From Phaeosaccion multiseriatum (lineage: Eukaryota > Protista > Ochrophyta, other classes): a stretch of DNA of 64,000 bases. The translations under genes were made by a program, and so were the position numbers. Location of the stretch: assembly GCA_965112735.1 (NCBI GenBank), contig OZ218962.1, forward strand, positions 2,852,001 through 2,916,000, read 5' to 3'. Shown here in pieces: positions 10,721-26,200 of this stretch. Below the pieces are notes generated by a model that was not told the origin of the DNA, searched no databases, and saw only the letters and a program-made list of their open reading frames with translations. Each line of letters begins with the position of its first letter. Position 1 is the first letter of the stretch.

Positions 10721-11692
10721 CTAACTTGTTGCGTAGTAAATGGCGACATAGACCAGCAGGAAGATCGAGAAGGAGTTATTCCCCTTCTTTTCTGTGCCTT
10801 TCATCTCTGCAGCGATATCGTTCACCCCCGAGGCATTGACCTTCATACGCTCCTCCATCGCCTTGAGCTTGCCCGTGGGCGTGGCTGGCCCGTGGCACTG
10901 CTTGTCTAAAATTGCCACCCGCCGCTGCCCCTTAAAGCTGCTGAAGACTCGACACATGCACCTGGTGGCGGAGAGGGGGAGACAGAGAGACAGCCAGAGA
11001 GAGACAGAGAGAGACAGAGAGAGAGAGAGATTCACGTAACATAAGAGTCAGGTTTTATGGAGTGGGACGGCCTCACGAGGTCGCACACTCGCACGCAGCT
11101 TGGAGGCCGCGTACTCGGAGCACCGCACCTGAATGTCGCGCAGCACCATGAGCACATCCTGGTGCCCTTCCTTCAGGGCGAGGAGCATGTCCCTCGTTTG
11201 CTTGTCCACGTCCACGTGCAAGTAGTTGCCCACCCCAAGCTGCGGCAGCCGCTCAAAGCCCTACATGCTTTCGCGAGTGGAGGCCGGGCCTCCCCGTCAG
11301 GTGTGTCAGATCTCGAGTCGAAGACATCCATGCTGCTGCTGGTGCTGATGGTGGTGGTGGTGGTGGTGTTGCGTCCCTGGACGGAGTACTCCAGCGGTAG
11401 TAGCGGGGGGGAGGACGAGGACGGGGGCGGGGAAGAGAAGCCGCTCCTGGTGGCATACGCCTCCTCTCCTCCCCCCACTCCTCCTCCTGCCCACTCTGAT
11501 TCTCGAGCGTTACCACCTCTGGCACCACCTCCAACCCTTCCCTGACCCCCGGACACGCCCGTAGTGGAGAGCATGAGGATCCTCATGGTCAGCTTCACGA
11601 GGGTCTCTGGGACGAGATGGTCGCCTCGTTGTACCACCACCCCGTTCACCCCGCAGCTCCGTAGCTCAGCGTCTTGCTCGTGTTGGGTATCG

Positions 11693-11756
<64 letters not shown>

Positions 11757-12560
11757 AAGGAGATGGGGGGGGGACTAGCAGATAGATGTGGGCCTGGTCG
11801 TTTCTGTTATGCCGCAGAAACCGCGCCATCTCCTTGCCCACAAAGTACGGACTCGTGTGCTGGGGCTCCGAACACCAGCAGACAGACGACGACGACGGCA
11901 ACGTCGACGACGACGACGACGAGGAGGAGGAGAAAGGTCCAGCAGTCTTCCCCCTCTGCTGCTCCTGCTCATGTCCAGCGCAACTACGACTTGCATCTCC
12001 CTTCTGCCAGTGATGGTGCCAGTGATGGTGCCAGTGGTATCGATGAACACGACATCGTACTGAGCCCTGAGTGTGGTGCCTAGCCCATCACCCGGGCTTG
12101 CCCCTCCCCGGCGAACGTCGAACACAAGGGGGGTAGAAGCGGGCACCATGCGTGCTCCACAAAGTCCGAGTGCCTCTCCCACACCCGCCACTGCCCTCCT
12201 TGATGGTAGAGCACTGGGGCCGCAAGCAGGGGCGATCACGACCAGGACACGAATGGCCTTTACTTGCACCGCGGGTGGCGGTGCCGGAGTGGGCAGCATG
12301 GGGGGAGCACGTGCCATGCCTCTCCCCCTGCCTCGCCCGCACTGCCTCCCTCGGTCGTCGCATCATCAGAATGGCCCCACTGCCTCTTCGTCTTCTTCGC
12401 CCCGCTCCCACCGGCACCGCTTCCGTCCGTTGTGGTAGCAATTGAGGACGAAGAACTCCTTCTCGCCTCCTCTTCCTTCTTCTGTTGCCCCTTCGCCTTC
12501 TTCCCCCCCGACCACTGGACCCTCCTCCCCTTGCCTCTTCCCTCAGTCTTGTCATTTGGG
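10721..12560 (-). pseudogene. Degenerate response-regulator receiver-like gene fused to an FNIP gene A-type linker
   Basis: Receiver-like elements occur in order across two frames: IRVLVV, QYDVVFID, GKEMARFLR, AHIYLLV, ELRSCGVNGVVVQ, PETLVKLTMRIL. At least three frame breaks. 12370-12560 is homologous to 2870-3045. Confidence 0.45.
11696..11755. repeat. (GCA)n trinucleotide tract (~20 units)
   Basis: Directly visible; reads as poly-Ala on the minus strand. Confidence 0.95.
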
Positions 12561-12587
12561 CAGCCTTTTGTGCTTCTTCCATATGCC

Positions 12588-15356
12588 GGGAAGGCGGAGC
12601 ACCAACACCCACGACATCGTCGCCGCACTCACAGATCTTTGTTTGGGTGACGATCGCGTGACCTTCCATCTATCAACTATCTCCTAAAATTCACACCGAA
12701 ACGAGCCAGACCGGAATGGAGCGAGCGGCGAAAGGCGGGGGGGAAGAAGTATCCAAGGGCGTAACTAGGTTAGTACCTTGGAGCAGCGCGGGGCCAGCGG
12801 CTCTGAGAAGTGTGGCCTGCCTCATCTCGAACAAAGCTCTGTGGGGAGTGTGTAAGGATGTGGATGAGGTCACCTCCCGCACTCTGGTGATCAGCACCGA
12901 CATGCCTGAGTGTGTGCAGCTTCGTATGCTAAGCTTGCTGAAGAACCAGAAGGAAGCGGACGCGAGGAAGGTTGCTTTGTCATTCTCCGTAGAGCCTGCG
13001 GGTGGTGCTGAAGAGGTGGGGAAGTCGGGAATGATCCAGGAGAGGCAAGAGGAGGAAGACGAAGAGCAGGCAGTCGAGGCGGGCAGGGGTTTCTTTCGCG
13101 TCGTGGCTGTGAAGCTCGGTCGTAGCCTCCCCCCCTACCTTGACGTGACAACGGCGTTTATCGAAAGTACGACTCCTAACACCGCTGAGGACAAGGCTCT
13201 CGCTAGAAAAGCATTGGCGCTGCTGCCAGCATCGGTCAAGCGCCTTATTTTCTCCGACAGTTTCAATCAAGCCGTGTCGGTACTAAGCACAGTCGAGGAG
13301 GTGGAGATGGGGTGTCACTTTGACTCCCCCCTGGACCTGCCTGCCTCGCTCCAGAAGATCAGACTGGGCCAGAAGTTCAATCAGCAGCTGCTCCTTCCTT
13401 GTGGCGTGGAGGAGGTGATAGTGGGGGGTGACTTTAACCTCCCTCTGGAGCTGCCTGCTTCAGTGAAGAGGATCATATTTGTTGGGAGCTCGAACAAGTT
13501 CAATCAGCCCCTGATCCTCCCTTGCGGTGTGGAGGAGGTGGGGATGGGGAATGGCTTCAACCTCCCTCTGGAGCTGCCTGCCTCGCTCAAGAAGATCAGA
13601 TTTGGCTTCACCTCTACGTTCAATCAGCACATTGACCTTCCTTGTGGTGTGGAGGAGGTGGACATGGGGTGTGGGTTTAACCTCCCTCTGGAGCTGCCTG
13701 CCTCGCTCAAGAAGATCAGATTTGGGTATGACTCACACTTCAATCAGCACTTGGACCTTCCTTTTGGTGTGGAGGAGGTGGAGATGGGGTTTCACTTCAA
13801 CCTCCCTCTGGAGCTGCCTGCCTCGCTCAAGAAGATCACATTGGGACATATGTTCAATCATCACGTGGACCTTCCTTGTGGTGTGGAGGAGGTGGAGATG
13901 GATTGGGTCTTTAACCTCCCTCTAGAGCTGCCTGCCTCGCTCAAGAAGATCACATTCGGATATATGTTCAATCATCACGTGGACCTTCCTTGTGGTTTGG
14001 AGGAGGTGGTGATGGGGAAGTGCTTTAACCTCCCTCTGTCCCTGCCTTCCTCGCTCAAGAAGATCGAATTTTGTGAGTACTCACGGTTCAATCAGCAATT
14101 GGACCTTCCTTGTGGTGTGGAGGAGGTGGAAATGGGGTATGACTTTAACCTCCCTCTGGAGTTGCCTGCCTCACTCAAGAAGATCAAATTTGCAGGCTGG
14201 TTCAATCAGCACTTGGTTCTTCCTTGTGGTGTGGAGGAGGTGGAGATGGGGTTTCACTTTAACCGCCCTCTAGAGCTGCCTGCCTCGCTCAAGAAGATCA
14301 AATTTGATATGGTCTCGAATTTTCATCAGCTTTTGGTCCTTCCTTGCGGCGTGGAGGAGGTGGTGATGGGACAGTCCTTCAACCTCCCTCTGGACCTCCC
14401 TGCTTCTCTGCGGACTCTCGAGCTGGGACGGGAGTACACCTGCCCTTTCGAGAGCCTACCTGCTGGCCTGAGGAGGCTCACAGTTGGGGAGGAATACCAG
14501 CTGCCTGCAGATCTACCCGAGGGGCTGGAGGTGACTCGCTGCTGAGGAGGGCGATGGGACAGAGGACAACAACGCACAGCGCAGCACAGCTATCGTAGGC
14601 CCTGCCTCAAGAGGGAGGAGGTCTCAGCAGGAGGTGCGGCAACCGAGGGGGGACGAGCAGCGTAGCCAACAAGGGAGTCACTTGTCACCTGTCCGTCTTA
14701 CAGTGCAGAGAGGGGCTGCGGGGAGGAGCGGGGGGAGTGCGAACACACATCCTCCACAGTTAAAGCTGCAGGGGAAGACCTGGGTTGGCTGTGCGGTAGG
14801 AAGGGCGGAAGAGGTGTGCGGGGGGGGGGGATGCTCAGGACAGAGGATGGAGAGGGCTGGCACCGATCGTTGGAAGAGAGGAAAACCCACTGTAGCGAAG
14901 GAAAAGGGTGCAAACACGCGAAAGCGACCCCCCCCGCAAATTAATCAACCTTAAACCCTTCACTCCAAAGAGTCACACCATGCTGCCTTGCCAGGGGCAC
15001 CAAGTTTGAAATTTGATTTTCCTCCGCTGCCCGGCTGGTTTCTCCATAGAAGGACCCGTTCCGCGTGCAGTCGCAGGCCCTTCCGCGGCGTCTATGAAGA
15101 ACGAATGCTCCTTGCAGGATTGCTTGGTCTAAATCCTACACTCTTGCCCCCCTCCGGTGGTCTCTGCCTATACCCCTCTGTGACTCCCCTTAACTTCGCT
15201 GGGACCATCTGGTACCATCTGTCTGCCCTCGCGTCTTGTGGCTGGGGAGTGGCGTGGGCCCCCCTGGCTGTACGAAGGGCCTGACTTGGCCAAGCCCAAA
15301 CCCAACAGCACCCGTCCCTCCACTTCACGACTAGGTCCACCCGCCCAGCTATCTTT
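12588..15356 (+). repeat. Segmental direct duplication, copy 2
   Basis: See copy 1 at 3365-6356. Confidence 0.93.
12716..14545 (+). CDS. Intronless FNIP-repeat protein C, 609 aa, 20 repeats plus C-cap
   Basis: Uninterrupted ORF. Paralogue of B with the same N-terminus and C-cap (LPASLRTLELGREYTCP...LPADLPEGL.VTR). Confidence 0.92.
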   Translation: MERAAKGGGEEVSKGVTRLVPWSSAGPAALRSVACLISNKALWGVCKDVDEVTSRTLVISTDMPECVQLRMLSLLKNQKEADARKVALSFSVEPAGGAEEVGKSGMIQERQEEEDEEQAVEAGRGFFRVVAVKLGRSLPPYLDVTTAFIESTTPNTAEDKALARKALALLPASVKRLIFSDSFNQAVSVLSTVEEVEMGCHFDSPLDLPASLQKIRLGQKFNQQLLLPCGVEEVIVGGDFNLPLELPASVKRIIFVGSSNKFNQPLILPCGVEEVGMGNGFNLPLELPASLKKIRFGFTSTFNQHIDLPCGVEEVDMGCGFNLPLELPASLKKIRFGYDSHFNQHLDLPFGVEEVEMGFHFNLPLELPASLKKITLGHMFNHHVDLPCGVEEVEMDWVFNLPLELPASLKKITFGYMFNHHVDLPCGLEEVVMGKCFNLPLSLPSSLKKIEFCEYSRFNQQLDLPCGVEEVEMGYDFNLPLELPASLKKIKFAGWFNQHLVLPCGVEEVEMGFHFNRPLELPASLKKIKFDMVSNFHQLLVLPCGVEEVVMGQSFNLPLDLPASLRTLELGREYTCPFESLPAGLRRLTVGEEYQLPADLPEGLEVTRC

Positions 15357-15389
15357 CTCTTTCTCCGACCTCGCATCATCCCCTCATGT

Positions 15390-16627
15390 AAGCGAGTCAC
15401 ATCAAGCCCCTCGGGTAGATCTGCAGGCAGCTGGTAGTCCTCCCCAACCGTAACCTTCGTGAGGCCAGCAGCCAGGTAGGCTCTCCAAAGGGCAGGTGTA
15501 ACTCCACCCCAGCTCGAGAGTCCGCAGAGAAGCAGGCAAGCTCAGAGGGAAGTCACAGTCACGCCCCATCACCACCTCCTCCACTCCACAAGGAAGGAAC
15601 GCGTGCTGATTGAAGTGGTTCACGAATATCATCTTCGTCAGGAAGGCAGCTCCAATTCCTCTTCCTCTCCTCTCCCATCTCCACACTATAAGGAAGAGTC
15701 ACGTGCTGATTGAAATTGTGCCAAATTTGATCTTCTTCAGAGAGAGGAAGGTCCAGAGGGAGGTCAAAGTCACGCCCTATCTGCACCTCCTCCACACCGC
15801 AAGGAAGGACCAAGAGCTGATTGAACTTCCTGCCAAGTCTGATCTTCTTGCGTGAGGCAGGCAGGTCCAGAGGAAGGTTAAACGCATGCCCCGTCTGCAG
15901 GTCCTCAACACCACAAGGAGCGTTCACGTGCTGATTGAAATGCTTGCTAGATTTTGATCTTCTTCAGCGAGGCACGCAGTTCCAGACTGAGGATAAAGCA
16001 ATGCCGTATCTCCACCCCCTCCACACCACAAGGAAGGGACCAGTGCTGGTCGAATAGGGAGTCTTTACCAAATCTGATCCTCTTCAGCGAGGCAGACCGG
16101 TCCAGAGGGACGTTAAACTCCTGCCCCATCACCACCCCTTCCACACCGCAGGGACCAAGTGTTGGTCTAATAGGAGTTTCCACAAAATCTGAGCTTCTTC
16201 ATGGAGGCAGGCAGGTCCAGAGGGAGGTCGACCTCCTCCCCCTCTCCCCTCCTCCCCTTTCCCTCTCCTTCCCCCCTCCTCTCTTTCTCCCAATACTTCC
16301 ATAACTACTTTGCAGTGTCCTGCGTATCCGCATAGGTTGTGAGGCCAAAGCTTCACAACCACCTCAGTACAGGTTCTTCCCGGGGCTGCCTTTTCACAGG
16401 CTGGCCGTGCTTCTCTTCCTGCTTTGCCCCACCCATGCCTCCCGGCCTTCCAGAGCCCCCTCCATAACAAAGCAGTAGAACCCGTAGCATCCTTCAGGGA
16501 AGATGCTGCGCAAACACCGCTCCTCTTCTGCCCTCTGCTGCCGTAGCATACTCAGCAAACGAAGCTGCACACGCCAGGATGTTGATGTTCCCTCAGGGTG
16601 GGTTGCGTTGATCATATCAGATGGCAC
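15390..16627 (-). pseudogene. FNIP-repeat pseudogene D
   Basis: Short broken ORFs (15402-15686, 15559-15927, 15947-16183, 16394-16627) carry FNIP units, an N-terminal remnant VQLRLLSMLRQQ and the C-cap LRTLELGWSYTCPLESLP. Many frameshifts. Confidence 0.85.
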
Positions 16628-17029
16628 TCGATGGCTCGACGAGTGCAGAACGATCCCCCGTCCGTGATAAAGAAGAAGTGAGGGAGAGCGTGGAAGAGGC
16701 GATATGATGCTGTGGGTGTATATAGAGCCCTCGCATCTGCAGGGAAGTTATACGTTCTCTCATTAAAAGCTAGCGAACCCAAAGAGGGAAGCACCACGCA
16801 CGCGCTGCAGGAACGGAAACGGAGATGAGTTGCCTGTTCACACACACCAACCTTGAAACTGATCATTAGGAGCAGTAGCAGCAACAGCAGCAGACATCCT
16901 GGGACGACCTTCATTCCACACGACGCATCCACATACGGCTGTTCTCTGCTGCTGCGGCTTCCATCTACTTTGCAGACGAGCAAAGACAGTACAGGCAGCC
17001 GCGCTTTGCTACGACTGCGCTACCCAACC

Positions 17030-22784
<5,755 letters not shown>

Positions 22785-23203
22785 ATGGGAAGATGGAGGG
22801 ATGGGTGGAGGGATGGGTGGATGGATACTATACCCTAATACCCAGAAGCCAAATAATCACAGCAGCGATGTGTGTCTCTGTGTATGTCTGAGGCGGCTCG
22901 GGTGGCGCTATCAGACTGTCAAGAAATTCTACAAAAATGGACTTTTGTTTACGAACCTTATAGAACCACGTCGTCCTCAAAGTAGTAGGTACGTGTGTGT
23001 ATCTCTATCTAAGATGGCGCTCCTCAACATGTATACTCGAAGAAGTGTGTTACTAACCCCTCTGTCCTCCGGGGTTGTCAATCCTCAGTCCCACGCCTCC
23101 TTGGCGCCTTGTGCCGCTCTGCCTCTTTGTAGTGACCACTCACTGTCCGAGCGAAAGGGTGAGCCCCTCTCGGAATGACCTCCCTCAGCCCTTTGGCTCT
23201 ACC

Positions 23204-26200
23204 TCAGCCCTTTGGCTCTATCTCTGGCTCTATCTCTGGCTCTACCTCAGGCTCTGGCTCTACCTCAGGCTCTGGCTCTGGTTCCAGTTCGGGTTTCGGT
23301 TTCGTGTGAGCTTGCCCCCTCGGGGTGAGCGTGTCGTCCCTTCTCGCTTCACTGTGACTGCCGTTTGTGTCCATATGACTGCGGCTGCCACTCCTCTTGG
23401 CGGTGGCGGTGCTGCCGCTGCTACTGCTGGTGCTTTTCCTCTTAGTTCCGGTCCCGCTCTTCCTCTTCTTCTTACTGCTGCTGCTCCTGCTGCTGCTGCT
23501 GCCTGATGAGAGGCCCCTCGGGGTCTTGCTGCCCCCCCGGGTGTTGTCGTTTGCTGCCATCCTCTCTACGAGGTCCAGGCTGCGGCGGAGTCCCCGAATG
23601 AGTTGCTCTTCGTCGAGCTCGTCCACATCCACAGCATCAGCAGTTGGTGATATCGCAGCACTAGCAGTTGTTGATGATGATTCAGCGGCTGGTGACACGA
23701 CACATGGTGATGGTACAGTTGGCGATACAGCCCTTGGTGATACGGCGGGTGGTGATACCGCCCCAGTACAAGAAGACGCTGATGCTGCTGCTGCTGCTGC
23801 TGCTGCTGCGGAGGAGGAGGAGGAAGGCATCTCACCAGCAGGAGCAGGATGAGCCATGGCAAGAGCATCCTCCGTAGCACAAGTCGTGGCGAGAGGAAGA
23901 GAAGGAGCCGCCGCCGCCACCACCGCAGCAGCAACCGCAGCAGTTGGTGATACAGCCGCAGCTGGTGATACATCAGCAGCAGCAGTTGGTGATACAAGAG
24001 CAGTTGGCGATACACCAGGCGGGTGGGGGGGGCCTTGCACCTGCTTGGTTACCCTCTCCACCTCATCTGCATTGCCGCAGAGCAGCAGTGCTGGCGCTGC
24101 ATCCAAACTGCGCATCACCGCCTCAACGAGCCAACTGTCGGCCCTGATGGAGGCATATGGGCCGGGGGGAGGTGGAGAGGGTATGGGGTCAGTGTAACGG
24201 TTCGCCCTGATGGAGGCATATGGGGTCGGGTAGGAGGAGAGTTCGATAGCGAGGGGCTCGACATTCGGTCAAGTGCTCGGAAGCAGTGTGTGTGTGTATT
24301 GGTTCACTAACTTATGGAAGTAGTGTGTGTGTATCTCTCTTCCTTCACTCCTTCACTAACTTACGGAAAGTAGTGTGTGTCTTCCTTCACTTTTTATATT
24401 CTCTTTTCCTTCACTCCTTCACTAACGTTTGTGTCTCTCTTGCTTCACCCCTTCACTGACGTACGGAAGTAGTGTGTGTCTATATTCTCTTTTCCTTCAC
24501 TCCTTCACTAACTTACGTGTCTCTCTTCCTTCACTCCTTCACTGACTTACCTCGCGTCTTCCATGTCGATCCACTGCAGCCTCTCCCCGAGGGGGGAGTA
24601 CAGCGCGGCCCTTATGTTCAGGCTCTTGAACACGTACACCGCGTACCCATGGGGCTGTGTGGCGCGGAAATCCGCGATGAGGCGGTCACAGTTGGCGTAC
24701 GCCGCCACTCCGAAGCCCTCCCTGACGCCGTGCACCCACATGCCTTACGTATGTACACATGTACATGTGTGTGCGTGTGTTGCGTGTGTGTGCGTGTGCG
24801 CAATGTTACGTGAGAAGGTACAAGGGGTCAGGGGACAGGAGTACTAACGAAAGAGAGGTGGATACGTAGGGGTATGTATGGGTGCCCGCTTGGCCACGAC
24901 AGACTCAGTCTCTTCTCAGTCTCACTCTCCCCCCACTGCCGCATTCCCTTTCACCCACTCACCACTCACTCATTCACTCACTCACTCACTCACTCACTCA
25001 CTCACTCACTCACTCACTCACTCACACACTCACTCCCTGACTCACTCACTCCCTCACTCACTCACTCACTCACTAACTCACTAACTAACTCACTCACTCA
25101 CTCACTCACTCACTCCCTCACTCACTCCCTCACTCCCTCCCTCACTCCCTCACTCACTCACTCCCTCACTCACTCACTCACTAACTCACTAACTAACTCA
25201 CTCACTCACTCACTCACTCCCTCACTCCCTCACTCCCTCCCTCACTCCCTCACTCACTCACTCCCTCCCTCCCTCACTCACTCACTCACTCACTCACTCA
25301 CTCACTCACTCACTCACTCACTCCCTCACTCACTCCCTCACTCCCTCCCTCACTCCCTCACTCACTCACTCCCTCACTCCCTCACTCACTCACTCACTCA
25401 CTCACTCACTCACTCACTCACTCACTCACTCACTCACTCCCTCACTCCCTCACTCACTAACTCACTAACTAACTAACTCACTCACTCACTCACTCACTCC
25501 CTCACTCACCGGTGAAGCTCATGACGCGGTAGAGCCCCCCTATTCCCCCGACGTACATCCTCTTGGGGTCTCCTCTCTCTTGTTCGAGCATCAGCACCGC
25601 CCTGCCCACACCGTGCAACTTGTCCTTGCTCCAGTGACCTTGGGAGGGAGGGAGGGAGGGAGGGAGGGTGGGTGGGAGGGAGGGAGGGAGGGAGGGAGGA
25701 TGGGTAGGAGGGAGGGAGGGAGAGGTGGAGGGAGAGGTGGAGGGAGAGGTGGAGGGAGATGGGGGGGGGGGGGGGAGGAAGGAAGTATGTCCATGAGAGT
25801 GCTCCCGTGCGAAACACCCCTCCTCCCCACCAACACCCACTACCATCCACTGCCATCCCCTTAGCGTTTCCCCTCACCTTCTTGCTCGCGTCCGTCCACA
25901 CACCTAAAGCACCCCTCCCCGTGTCTGAAGCCCCCCTCCCAACCCCCCTCGTAGGTGCAGTAGCCTCGCCCACCATGCTCGAAGCCGAGGGGGCACTTGA
26001 AGCTCTCGTTGTGGTTGTTGCCCCATCTGCAAGCAGGTAGACAGGCAGATAGGCAGACAGGCAGACAGGCAGATAGGCAGACAGGCAGACAGGCAGGTAT
26101 ATAGACAAGAGGTGAGATGAGGTTACGAATGGGATCGTGGATGGTTCGTTTAAGGAGGTGCGCGTGTTGGTTGTTTGTTGAGCGGGCGTTAGCAGGGCGG

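Noticed and set aside
3990-14400. Diversity-generating retroelement (NNC-type variable codons)
   Set aside because: There is no reverse transcriptase or template repeat in the window, and scaffold adenines (AAC, AAG, GAG) are conserved. Selection plus recombination explains the pattern more simply.
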